Counted from the first letter of the whole stretch, positions 13,597 to 24,240 are shown. The stretch: DNA of 45,915 nt, filler included, from Catajapyx aquilonaris (GCA_000934665.2; 2 parts of 2 records of this genome joined end to end with filler, not necessarily neighbours in it), one strand, 5' to 3'. The notes: generated by a model from the sequence alone, not told the origin. Made by a program: numbers and translations.

Positions 13597-16500
13597 GGAC
13601 GCGCGAGGGAGCATCAAAGAAGGCTCCCGGATCATGAACTTTCCTCGAAGGTCACCAACCACAGGTCACCGGCATGGCCTTCTTCGCCAAATGCCGCTCC
13701 TGCTGACACGTTGTAGTCCCCCTCTCTGATTGGGGGTACAACTTGGGTTTGATTGTTTGCGCACGTTGCATTGTCTCCTGGTCCTGATCAGGTGTGCGTA
13801 AAATGTCATGGCGATGTTTGTTCGTTTATGTAGTTTCGTAGTGCGTTGTACGTTTTGCTGTGTGAGATGATGAGGTGCACTTTACAAAGAGAGCGCCCGA
13901 CTGGATGGGATGCACAACGATACACGCAATCCTAACAGTACATAAGTAGCTTACACTTAATATCGTTCACTGGAAGATATTTACAGACAAGTTGCATCAA
14001 CACAAATTCAGAGAAAAATCGACAATTATGTGCAATTCCACGAAATCAATCTGCACAATTTTAATTAACTTTTTATTAAGATAATTAACATGCAAAATTG
14101 AAGGTGTCACATGTCGATTAATCTTTTGTTCAGACTTTAACAGGTCTTTAAACATTACCTGCAAATACGACTTCTTCAGGTTATTAATAACAATTATTCG
14201 TCAATTACATTTTCAGTAATTAATTACAACAACCAGTCTACGAATTTTTTTTACTATAAATATGTTGCCCCTTTACATCGACTCTGATTGTAGAATAGCC
14301 CAAGTAACACTCTTTACCTATATTGAAATCCAGTGGCATACTGACCTACTCGGTGCCAATGAATTACCATCCATAATTATGTAGGTATGACAATGTTGGT
14401 CCTTAAAAATTAAAGACATTTAGGAGGCTAATTATACACATAACTGCTTACAACCTACACGGAACTGCACATAATTACTGCAGTAATCCGACAAAATACT
14501 AACACATTCTCTCTGTCACCGCCAAGTAACTTAGAATTTACAGTATGTATATATACATATGTAGTTAAAATCAACTAAAAACCCTATTTTTACAACGTGA
14601 GAAAAAATGATGTGTATTACGATATTGTGAGTTGCATTTACAGTATATGTTTTCTGCTTAATTAATGTAGTTGCTGCAAAAATTGTGTCTGGTATGTCGG
14701 CATTTTAGGTTCACATTGCTGTCGTTGTTTTTCGGTCGTTGTGTCGAAACGACTGAAAATGTGACCCCAGTTTTATTCTTCCGGATCTTCAATCAGATAC
14801 TCGGGAGCAAGTTACTTGCTCCAGATTATCTTACCCCCTACTATAGATGAATCAAACCCACGCAGTATTACATTCCGATATGAATACTCCCAGTATTAGT
14901 CAGCCTCATTTTTTTCTGCATTTCTTCAAGATCTTCACAAAGACGCCATTTCCATCTCAGGCTCGGCTGGGCCCAGAGCACAATAATTTTTAACTTGCAA
15001 AACTTTGCAAAGAAACAGTATTTTCTCGTTATATCTCCTGCCCTTCTCTTTTTCCTAGAGTTACACTAAAGTCTGGCGGAAAAAGAAGGTGGGGGGAGGA
15101 TGGGAGGGGATGAAAACCACAACTGAGAAAGAGAGAGGTTGGGTCGAAAGAGAGGGCCTCCGGTGGGAATAGGCAATACACCGCACAGTTCTTTTCTTCA
15201 AGACAGAAAAAAAAGACGTCAAAGAAAATCTGCTCCACATCTAGAATTATCTCTTTCAATTCGACGAGGTGGAAAGAAAAAAAATTGCAATCCCTGCGAG
15301 GACGAGTGTTGAAACAATAACAAGTGACTCGATTTATTTTTTTTCGTAAACTTTTGCATGCGCTAAGTACATGTGACACTAAAATTGGTCGTTATGTAAA
15401 TTAAGGCGTTGTCAACAATAATAGTTTTTCATTCGCAGTAGAATAAAAAAACTAATGGGTTTAAGATGACATGGCTTACGACCAATGTGAAGCTGGAGAA
15501 AGAAAAATGAATCGGAGCTGTCATGTATGAGAAAAGCGAAACAAACACGACCCTCAAGCACTTACATTTTGTGCAAAAAATAGATCCGTGGACCGAATTC
15601 TGCTTCACAGTGAAATAAAAAATTCTCAAATTCAAACAGTCGAATTTTTATTCAGAAAACTATGTGAACACAACTTTTCTTCTTACCAGTCCGCCTGAAT
15701 GGAAAGGCAAAAGTTGGTGCAAAATTATCAAACTTTTTTTCCGCTTTAGGTATGGATTGCTTGAGAACCTGTAACATAGTGATCCGATTGAATTCAGTCA
15801 GAATTTTTTGGCACAATGTTTCTTATTGTAAGCTGTTCTGTGGTATAGGGCTACGTTTCCATAATATGTTGTATTAAATAATTTGTATTAAATGGACCGC
15901 AATTAGGCAGATTTACTGTCGGCATAACTCTCCTTTCCGGTTCGTGACTTACCAAAAGGCCCGGGTCATTTTCTGTGCTGGCGACGCAATGGTCCGCTTT
16001 TGCTTATAATCCCTTCCAGTTTACCAAGTCCAATTACAGGCTAATTTGGATTTACTCCTTTTCACACGGGGAAATAGTAATCGCTTCTGAAAATTATGTT
16101 TCCAGCACAGTTTGTATGACTGTCATGAATCAGTTTTGTTCATCCCCGTGTCCTCCCCCCCAACTATTTCCAGCATTTTCCACGTGACCTGCTAATGCCG
16201 GCTCTATTCAACGGTGCCAAGTGATTAGAGTCATACTTTTGCGATCCGTCCACAAAGGTAGCGAGTATGTAGGACCAGCATATGGTCCCGATTTACTGCG
16301 TGATTGTTGAGAGAGTGAGTGAGAGTGTTTAATCCGAATTAAACCTCACTGATGATGAATCTCGCCAATTAGTGCACATCCCCTTCCTGGTTCTTCCTGT
16401 GGCTATCAACCTGTGGTGAAATATAATTATCGTATATTTTACTATTGAGTGTTTGTAGAACTATAGTCGCTGTTTATCTCCTGTTGTGAATATTGTCGTT

Positions 16501-17296
16501 ATCAACTATACAGTAGAGTGGCAAAAAAGTGTCATAACACAGGCTATGTGTGTATAGACTAGCTGTGACTATCATTCAAACTCAACTACTTTAAAATTAA
16601 TTTGACATATTTTCCCAAACCCAAAAGAAAACACACAATGCTTAAATTACAAGAACATTATATTGTATGTATGTATCTGCTCAGGATTACTTGCCCTTTT
16701 CTTTCCGTGTCACATCGATGTATCATCGGAATAAAAACATATTTGTTTATTACATATTTTGTGATTCTATCTGCTTTTAAGGTAAGGGTCGAAAGTGAAG
16801 TGGAATATAAATATGTCACAAAGTTCGCTACTTTCAATAAGAGTAATTCTGAACTATGTAACAAACTCAGAATTTTTTTAGAGAAACGAACTTATTTCAT
16901 CTATCAGCAAAAAACATTTTTTTTCGTTTTTAACAAATAGTTTCATCAGTTATGTGAAATTATTATTGCATTGATGTCAGCACTATTTGGCTTTAATTGT
17001 GCCTCCCAACTGTTACTCCAAAATTACTGCAAAATTATGGAAGGTAATTCTCAATTTCAGTGCCAGTCGTATAAGTGCCAAAAAAAGCCTCTTTGTTCCA
17101 TCAAACTAATGTCCTTAAAATATCAGAGAATCGCGCTTAAACGCCGACCACAAAACAGAATTGCCTTGGTGATATTATGCTAACACGCAGGCTCTGTAAC
17201 ATCTCATTTCCCATAGCGACAGTATTCTTTTACGCTCATTTTATGCATATCAAAAGTCATTAAGCACTTGCAATCTTCAGTCATAAGTAGAAGGAT

Positions 17297-17318
17297 AGAG
17301 AGAGAGAGAGAGAGAGAG
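17297..17318 (+). repeat. (AG)11 microsatellite
   Basis: Read directly from the sequence. Confidence 0.95.
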
Positions 17319-17649
17319 AAGAATAAAAAATAAAAGCAGGCCATATAGGAACGAATTTGAGGACATTTTTCATGGCTGCATAAACTCCGTCGTCTCCATA
17401 ATGACAGGGATTTCATGAAGAACTGTAAGGAAATGCCTCTTCTGGTTGCTGCAAGACAAATGGAAGGAAATTCGGTGAGGTTTCCTTTCAGCTTATTTAT
17501 GAGCCGCAGAAGCCAACGAGACGATGTGACAACTGCATGTGCATCATGTGCTGCTCGACTTATACAACAATGAGTTGAAAAAATCGTACCAGGAAAAAAA
17601 CCGGGCCCATTTTAATTTATCCGCAACTTGTTGATATCAGCCTTGTAAA

Positions 17650-19200
17650 CAACCATTGCATAACTAAAGTACTATCAATATTTAAGATATAATTTTTTTA
17701 AAGTAACACTTGTTCATAAGCCTTCATCAGCCTCGAGACACTAAATCCGCCGCTTCCGTGCTAATAATAACAAAGCAGATGGTTTCTGCACGCCATTCAG
17801 CAAAATACCGGATGTAATTACTCGAAGAGCTGTTCAATATCTTCCGATAAGATAATTCGCCATGAACATGCCGCCAAGCTAAGCCAACAGCTGCGAGATA
17901 TTGAACAGAGATACACATGTGCCAAAGTTTGTCGGTGTATCCTTTAGATCCTCTTGATAATAACAACAATGTCAAGACCTTACAAGAGCAGGCCCTTCGT
18001 CAATTAGGCATCACCACCGATGCGGGACACGCTTCAGATTAAATTCCTTAAGCACAACAACCAAGATCCGAAGTAAGACCGACATTTTACCTTTCATAAC
18101 GCCTGCATTAATGTGCCAGCAATATTTTAAAAAAATCCTCCTCAATTGCTTGTACAGCACCATCAAAAAAAAGAAGGAAGGAGATGGATGAGGCTTTAGG
18201 GGTTCTTCTGACAGCCTCTGAAAATTTCCTCTTGTCTGTCGCCCGAAGCTCCTCGAAAATTTTGTCCTCCCAGACGCGACGGTAAACTCTGGGTGTTATA
18301 TACCGAGGCCTGTAAATGCCGGACAGGTTTTTAAAAAGGCCTGGGGGATGATTTTCACGAGTCTTTTTCCTGCAGGCGATGGGTGGGGGTGTGTAGATCC
18401 CTAAGGGGTGTTTAATATCCAACGTCAATCATGTTGCGCAGATATTTTCGTGCCCCCAAGGGGATTCCCCTTTATCGATTCTTGGAGAGTCATTACTTTT
18501 GGTTTTCGGCCATATTTTATGAAGCGATGCACGATTTGGAATCTGCTGTGTGTGTGACATGAACCCTGAGTATAAGTTCAAGGTACTATTGAAAATTTGG
18601 GTCAACAGCCCCATTCCTGGTCCAGGCCAGAATATTTCTATATATTATGGAATAATTAAGAAATATTGGAAATACATTGATCCCCCCCCCCCAAATTGTC
18701 AAGTTCCTTTAAAGTTAAGCAGATATGCGTCGTCTCCAGCCCCAGAAAACTCTCTGGATCCATTCCCGAAGCCTTTGGCTCACCCCGTATACTTTTCTCA
18801 GGCTTTGCCATCACCTCCTGTACTATCAATTTGTGAGGGGGGGGGGGGGNATTTCTGGGGGAAAAACTTTTCGGGCTGGTTTCATATACTGCAGGAATTT
18901 GAAGCCGCAGAAGGCGTTAGGAACACTACAGATTTATTTTTCTTCTTCCTGGAGCATAATTTTGGGCAATTCAAAATCCATGTAATTGAAGATGGTCCCA
19001 AGGATGAGCAAATAAATGAATTACTGCCAAAAGCTTTCAACCCTGTCGCAAAGTGGAGGTTTTTGATCGATAAATCTGGCCGGTCCAAGAGCCTTTCCCT
19101 CGAATTGGGAAATGGTTTTGAGAAGTTGCCACGCTCTTTTCCCCACAGGCGATTCACTGCCTTAATGCCCCTTCCGGAGAACTCTTCTTGAGCCTTATAC
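17650..19200 (-). mobile_element. Degenerate non-LTR (LINE) ORF2 relic: end of endonuclease, tether, start of RT
   Basis: Collinear eroded motifs: NSRERLLD...NLHFATG...GSNSFICSSLGPSSI (cf. N..G.LL...L..NG...G.FTF...G.S.IDY), KGESPW (tether PW motif), WEDKIFEELRATDKRKFSEAV, CKVLTLLLLSR, and CFVIISTEAADLVSR (cf. FVDF.KAFDLVSR). Boundaries are approximate. Confidence 0.45.
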
Positions 19201-20448
19201 TCTCCAGAGGTCGTCGGTTGACAGCCAGGAGATGAGGCTCCCTCTTGCGACATCGGATTCCCCCCCTTTTCGTTCCACCTAGTCGTTATTGCCTTCCGAC
19301 CTCTTTGGTCACAAGAAATAAAGAGAGGGGAATGGGTACGTGTGTGATTCGAACCAAGGAATTCAATAGGATGAGGCGGCTGAAGGGCAATTTCTAGGGA
19401 AATTAGGCTTGCTTCCAGTGGAGATTTAGCTGCGGGAATACATTCCATTCCCGGCAATATACAGGGCGCTTCAGGAGGTCCCTTCAGGCTTTGTACATTT
19501 TTAACAGTGTGACGCGTCGAGTTAGAAGGCTACTTATGTCTTACAGGGTGAGTCAGAATGACTTGTAACGACGTAGGCAACGTGGCTTTAGAACTCTGTA
19601 CACATGTCCCATGATATGGCATCATGTGATGGAATTAACTTAAAAAATAATTGACTCGGATGTTTTGACAAGAGGATCGTATTTTATGTATTAATTGAAG
19701 CATGTTAATATTCAATTTTTTAATATATTTAAACGGATGGGTAACGAGGGAGTAATAAATTGGTAGGCCTACAGCTCAGTGCTACTATAGTAACATAAAT
19801 AGGCCTACTCTTGTTTTTAGATACAGATTTTTATTAAGGACACGACCGTGTCAGTCGGTACCCAATTATTTCTAGTCATACGTATAATCCCACCAATGCT
19901 CACTGATAACTCATGAAGAACAAAGATTTAGGTGTATAAGAATTTCATATTATTTTCAGAGAGATACAGGTATGACAATAATAGTGAGAGTAACATTATT
20001 ACCGCCGTACATTTTCCAGGGAGGAACTTCCAGCAGGGAAGAAATGTGTCAAGCCTTTTTGTAATGCACATTTCCAGTACCGACATCATGAAGCAAAATT
20101 ATTCTAGCCGACACAAGCGCACGACGACCATTGTTAACGTGAACACAAATCGGTTTTGGGAGACAATGTCAATCGCCCAACCGGAATCTGCCAGGGACAT
20201 GTCAGTTGGACGATTCTAGATGCAACAGAAAAATTGGCGCGACGCAAAAAGAGATGTCAAAGTTGGAGATATATTGGAAAAGGGGAAGTTACGAAGTCAG
20301 GTGCACCTTGCATTGGACTCACGAACATACTTTGGGGTATGGCCACTTTTCATTTGTCACAATTGAAGTTTTTTTTTTCCAAAAACAGCATATTATGTCA
20401 AAAAATGTCACGATTCAAGAGAGACACAAAACACTCCCTTCTTTTTTT

Positions 20449-20505
20449 GAAGTATGAGAAGTATGAGAAGTATGAGAAGTATGAGAAGTATGAGAAGTAT
20501 GAGAA
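20449..20505 (+). repeat. Perfect 9-bp tandem repeat (GAAGTATGA) x6.3
   Basis: Read directly from the sequence. It explains the KYEKYE run in ORF 20156-20680. Confidence 0.97.
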
Positions 20506-20566
20506 ACGCAAATTATCTCAACCACTCAGTTTTTTCCGGTTAACATCCGTTTACATTCGCATTGGA

Positions 20567-20603
20567 GGTCAAGACTACGGTCAAGATCACGGTCAAGACC
20601 TAC
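20567..20603 (+). repeat. Imperfect 12-bp tandem repeat (GGTCAAGACTAC-like) x3
   Basis: GGTCAAGACTAC GGTCAAGATCAC GGTCAAGACCTAC. Confidence 0.85.
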
Positions 20604-20704
20604 ATTATCTTACCCTCTCGGCCTCGAAACCGCCCCGTATCGAAATCCTTCCCTCCCACCCCCAAGCCCAAGGGGTTTAACCACTCGACTGTACAGTGTA
20701 CACG

Positions 20705-20754
20705 GAGTACCAAAATTCAAAGAGTACCAAGGAGTAGCAAAGAGTAAAGTACCA
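20705..20754 (+). repeat. Degenerate GAGTACCAA-like short repeats abutting the MITE
   Basis: GAGTACCAAA...GAGTACCAAG GAGTAGCAAA GAGTAAAGTACCA. Confidence 0.6.
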
Positions 20755-20759
20755 GTATA

Positions 20760-21317
20760 CCGCTCAGAAAGAATGGTACTACGACTCTACATGGAAATTT
20801 TTCATCCCGACTGTCGAGGGCTTCCCCGCAACACATGGGAGCCTGGGGCAGCAAGGGGTGGTAAGGTGGGGAGGACAACCCCAGCCTCCTCAAGACCAGA
20901 CCTGATTAATGCCTTCTTGAGAGGTGAAAGCGAGGACGGGGCATTTCGGATATCCTTGAAGAGCCGTGCATTGAATCGACGAGATTAGTGCTCAATGCTC
21001 GTTGTAGTGATGTCCGCGCCGAACAAAAATCATATGTATAATTATTATCGCGGACATCACTACAACGAACATTGGGCACTAATCTCGTATATTCAATGCG
21101 TCGATTCAATGCACGGCTCTTCAAGGATATCCGAAATGCCCCGTCCTCGCTTTCACCTCTCAAGAAGGCATTAATCAGGTCTGGTCTTGAGGAGGCTGGG
21201 GTTGTCCTCCCCACCTTACCACCCCTTGCTGCTCCCTCCCATGTGTTGCGGGGAAGCCCTCGACAGTCGGGATGAAAAATTTCCATGTAGAGTCGTAGTA
21301 CCATTCTTTCTGAGCTG
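20760..21317. mobile_element. Foldback MITE with ~260-bp terminal inverted repeats, probably Tc1/mariner superfamily, non-autonomous
   Basis: Arms 20760-21018 and 21049-21317 are near-perfect reverse complements around a 30-bp AT-rich spacer. Termini are CCGCTCAGAAAG...CTTTCTGAGCTG. TA flanks both sides (20758-20759, 21318-21319), consistent with a TA target-site duplication. Confidence 0.85.
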
Positions 21318-21490
21318 TACTACACCCAAAACCAAAATATCCAATACAGGACTAGTAAAATACTCAAAATATGCAAGTGATGCCATGGGCACATGATGAT
21401 AATTTTTCAGATAGGGTTGGTGCCATAAGAGGTTTCGTGTTTTTTTTAAATAGCAACAAAGCTCCCTCATCCTTGACTTTGATTTTTTTT

Positions 21491-21644
21491 GATAACCCCG
21501 AAGAAGCCGCAGTTTTGCGCTCATTATTTACACGACTTTTAATCCTGCAAAATGAGACGCACATTATCGGTTCTTCTGGTCCTGTTCGTCACCTCGGGTC
21601 ACTCTTTGGAACCTGAGCAATGGACGCATTCGTTGTCCCTTGAC
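21491..21644 (+). pseudogene. Orphan tandem duplicate of the 5' leader and first ~31 codons of the MOXD1-like gene
   Basis: 21552-21641 aligns to 21969-22058 with 6 differences in 90 nt. Similarity extends upstream from GATAACCCCGA (21491 vs 21901). The ORF from ATG 21552 (MRRTLSVLLVLFVTSGHSLEPEQWTHSLSLD...) runs into unrelated sequence and stops at 21690-21692. Confidence 0.85.
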
Positions 21645-21968
21645 TTCACGTGCGTTCAACCTGCCCCCATATTGCTCAACAAGGAATCCTGAAGCCCGAT
21701 TCAGCAACGGGGACTCCCAAAGCCAATATAACACTGAATACCAGTATCAGCAGCAACTCTTCTGGACACCCTCATATCGTGAAGCTCAAAATGGGAGTTA
21801 GCCCAAAACAAAAAGGGGCTCTTTAGGCAAGGTCAGATAACTCGGTCTGCGGGGATGCCCAATTGCCCCAACGTCACATTCAACTGTGACAACATTTTAT
21901 GATAACCCCGATACAGCCCAGTTCGCCAGTTTGGGCTCATTACTTAACACGACTTCGCATTCTACAAA

Positions 21969-22722
21969 ATGAGTCGCCCATTATCGGTTCTTCTGGTCCT
22001 GTTCGTCACCTCGGGTCTCTCTTTGGAACCTGAGCGATGGACGCATTCGTTGTCTCTCGGAAGGGCGGGAGAAGTGCATTTGTTTTGGAAATCGGACAAA
22101 GAGAGTGTTACTTTTGAACTGGGAGCCAAAACCCACGGGTATATGTCGGACTCGGGTTTTCTCCCAACGGAATGGCAGGAGCGGACATTGTCATGGGTTG
22201 GATCAAAGAAGAAGGCAACATCACTTTGCAGGTAAGGAGATTTTTTAAAAGTTTAGTTGTAACATTATTGTTTCTCGACATAAACTGGCCCTTACCCGTG
22301 TAATAATTGTTGTGAGCAGGACTACCATGGGGTAGGCAACATTGCGCCTGTTCTGGACGACCAGCAGGATTACCGTCTACTTGGGGGACACACACTGTCC
22401 TGCGATTCACCCGGAAGTTGAACACGTGTGACAAACACGACATGGCTCTAGGTGTAAGCTGTCATTTATATCCGTCATGAACCGCTACAATAATTTATTC
22501 ATTATAAGGACACCTGATAGTGGAATGTTACATTATTTTCAGAGCGATTCGTTAAGATTGATTTGGGCATACAGCGAGGTGGACCCCAGATACGGTGACC
22601 TGATTTGGCACGGGGTCACAAACAGAGGGGTGAAAGGGGGCGTCCTTTTGTTGCATCCGCCTGCACCTCCGATTCAGCAACTTCTGAGTGGAATGAACCA
22701 CTGGGATGTGACAGCGGACAAT
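21969..22722 (+). pseudogene. MOXD1: MOXD1/DBH-like copper type II monooxygenase, 5' part (signal peptide plus DOMON domain). Exons 21969-22231, 22320-22453, 22543-22722, with two frameshifts
   Basis: Reconstructed protein: MSRPLSVLLVLFVTSGLSLEPERWTHSLSLGRAGEVHLFWKSDKESVTFELGAKTHGY/VGLGFSPNGMAGADIVMGWIKEEGNITLQ|DYHGVGNIAPVLDDQQDYRLLG/THTVLRFTRKLNTCDKHDMALG|SDSLRLIWAYSEVDP...WHGVTNRGVKG...WDVTADN|. This matches MOXD1 DOMON motifs (GYVGxGFSPxGxM..ADIV, DxQQDY, THT..F.R.L.TCD..D, R.IWAY, H...RG). GT-AG phase-0 introns at 22232-22319 and 22454-22542, and a donor at 22723. There is an extra AT at 22143-22144 and a frame change at the G5 run 22383-22387. Confidence 0.85.
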
Positions 22723-22809
22723 GTGCGATCACTCTCCTGATTTGTTGAGACTTTATTTCCTCCTTGGTATTAATTCACTGGTTTTGTCTTTCTGTTTTAA
22801 GACATTCGT

Positions 22810-22867
22810 CAGCGGCGAGAAAGATTAGGGGGCACGGCAGTGCCCCCGCCAAGTTCTCGCCGCACTG
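22810..22867. mobile_element. 58-bp GC-rich nested hairpin, probable miniature DNA-transposon derivative
   Basis: GCGGCGAGAA pairs with TTCTCGCCGC, and inner GGGGGCAC pairs with GTGCCCCC. Ends are CAG...CTG. No clear target-site duplication. Confidence 0.5.
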
Positions 22868-22920
22868 CCGGACCACCTTTACCCGACACAACTCACGTCA
22901 TTTTGACCCCCTCGAATCTT

Positions 22921-23020
22921 NNNNNNNNNNNNNNNNNNNNNNNNNNNNNNNNNNNNNNNNNNNNTTAATTAATTAANNNNNNNNNNNNNNNNNNNNNNNN
23001 NNNNNNNNNNNNNNNNNNNN
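22921..23020. other. Assembly gap: 44 N + TTAATTAATTAA + 44 N (artificial 100-bp spacer)
   Basis: Symmetric N runs around a palindromic 12-mer (22965-22976) that carries stop codons in all six frames. Confidence 0.95.
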
Positions 23021-23799
23021 GGGGGGTAGAGTTAACGAGATCGAAACCGGAGGCCAATGAGACCATTTCAATATCCGAGTCGGGCAATACTGTTATACGG
23101 GGTGACTCTCAAGTAATCACATTAGCCCTGGGCATATATGCCAGTATTTGGGATTTTTTTGCGCAAACACTTGTGCATATTAGCTTAGTGCAACACATGC
23201 GGTTGAGTAGTGAACATGTCGATTCCAAAATAGATCCCAAGCACCAAGGGGTCCCCCCTGAACTGTTTGCCAAAAATAAATGCGCTTCAGTTGTCTAACT
23301 GGATGCTGCGCTGATGGAAAAAGGTACGTAATGTGTGGGCAGGCGATCGCAAAAAGGTCCCCTCAAAAAAAAAAAGTGCCGTACAAGTTATGTGCAAAAT
23401 TTCCTCGTTTTTTGGCGAGCAAGCAAGTGCGCATGAAGAAGCCTCCCTTGGTGATTCGACTAATAACGAGTTAAACGAGACAGTTTGGGAAATGAAGCGA
23501 AAGAAGCAGCGCCCACGTAATGAAGGGGGAATACTGCTGACCACGAAACATAACAGATTCCGGGCTAATTAACATAGCGTACAGAGGCCTGATTACCCAG
23601 TGCACTGGCTTGGAAGAACACGGGGCCTGCTTATTCATACCGAGAGCCCCCCCCCTCTTTTTTCAAATTCATTTTTATTTGAAGGGCGGGGCTGCTGGAA
23701 AACTGGGAAAAAGCTTCACTTGGGAAAAGGGTTCATCGCGGATTGTATTATGTAAATAGTAAGCTCTCCGACGCAAATGCCAAATTATGCAAATCGCAC

Positions 23800-24240
23800 G
23801 TAAGCTCCGGGGAGGAGATTGGCCAGTGCCAAAATTGATTTGATAGCTTATAATGCGGGACATAAGGCAGAGTCTTGGGCGAGGTGCCGCTTCTAACATA
23901 ATATTATACAGCTCCGTTTGGTCCTGGGGGCATTCGGCGCATCACATGGGCCGCTGGGACACGACGGAAACTGGAGACAGGAAATTGTTATCTGCCTGGA
24001 TGCCGTTCCACTCATTTACAATGCTTTTCCGGGTGCCTTCGGGGTCCCGTCCCCACACCAAATTCTGCCTCGAAAAAAAAAAAAAGGAGAAGGGAAGGTA
24101 CCTAGGCAAAAATTAAGCTCGCTTCATAGGACCAGACAAGTGTCAGGAGACGATTTAGAACTGGCAAGGAATTCATTCTCAAAACATGGCTCGCGACAGA
24201 ACAGTGAGTCGCAAAGGGATCTCCCAGCAGTGAAGTGAAA
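23800..24240 (+). mobile_element. Degenerate LINE (CR1-like) reverse-transcriptase relic
   Basis: IYNAFPGAFGVPSPHQILPRK resembles IYxDFxKAFDxVPHxxLLxK. Confidence 0.33.

Noticed and set aside
12430..13662. Antisense and alternative-frame ORFs overlapping the GPCR (up to 161 aa)
   Set aside because: Shadow ORFs expected from GC3-rich codon usage.
14409..15619. Candidate polyadenylation signals (ATTAAA 14409, AATAAA 15442 and 15614)
   Set aside because: Common by chance in AT-rich DNA and cannot be chosen without transcript data.
18550..19457. 213-aa (+) and 191-aa (-) ORFs as real genes
   Set aside because: Low-complexity and homopolymer-rich, with an N in the + ORF. They are better explained as a LINE relic and its antisense.
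20156..20680. 174-aa ORF with KYE and GQDY repeats
   Set aside because: The KYE repeat is perfect at the DNA level with no synonymous variation, there is no domain or codon bias, and it is best explained as minisatellites.
20449..20754. CRISPR-like or telomeric array
   Set aside because: No unique spacers, units too short, eukaryotic context, and not the TTAGG motif.
20773..21304. Two nearly identical convergent ORFs (MVLRLYMEIFHPDCRG...) on opposite strands
   Set aside because: They are mirror images produced by the MITE inverted repeats, with no recognisable domain.
12424..22722. Functional pairing of a neuropeptide receptor with a copper monooxygenase as a signalling cluster
   Set aside because: Adjacency in a eukaryote is weak evidence. 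The enzyme is DOMON/MOXD1-type rather than the amidating PHM, and it is disrupted.
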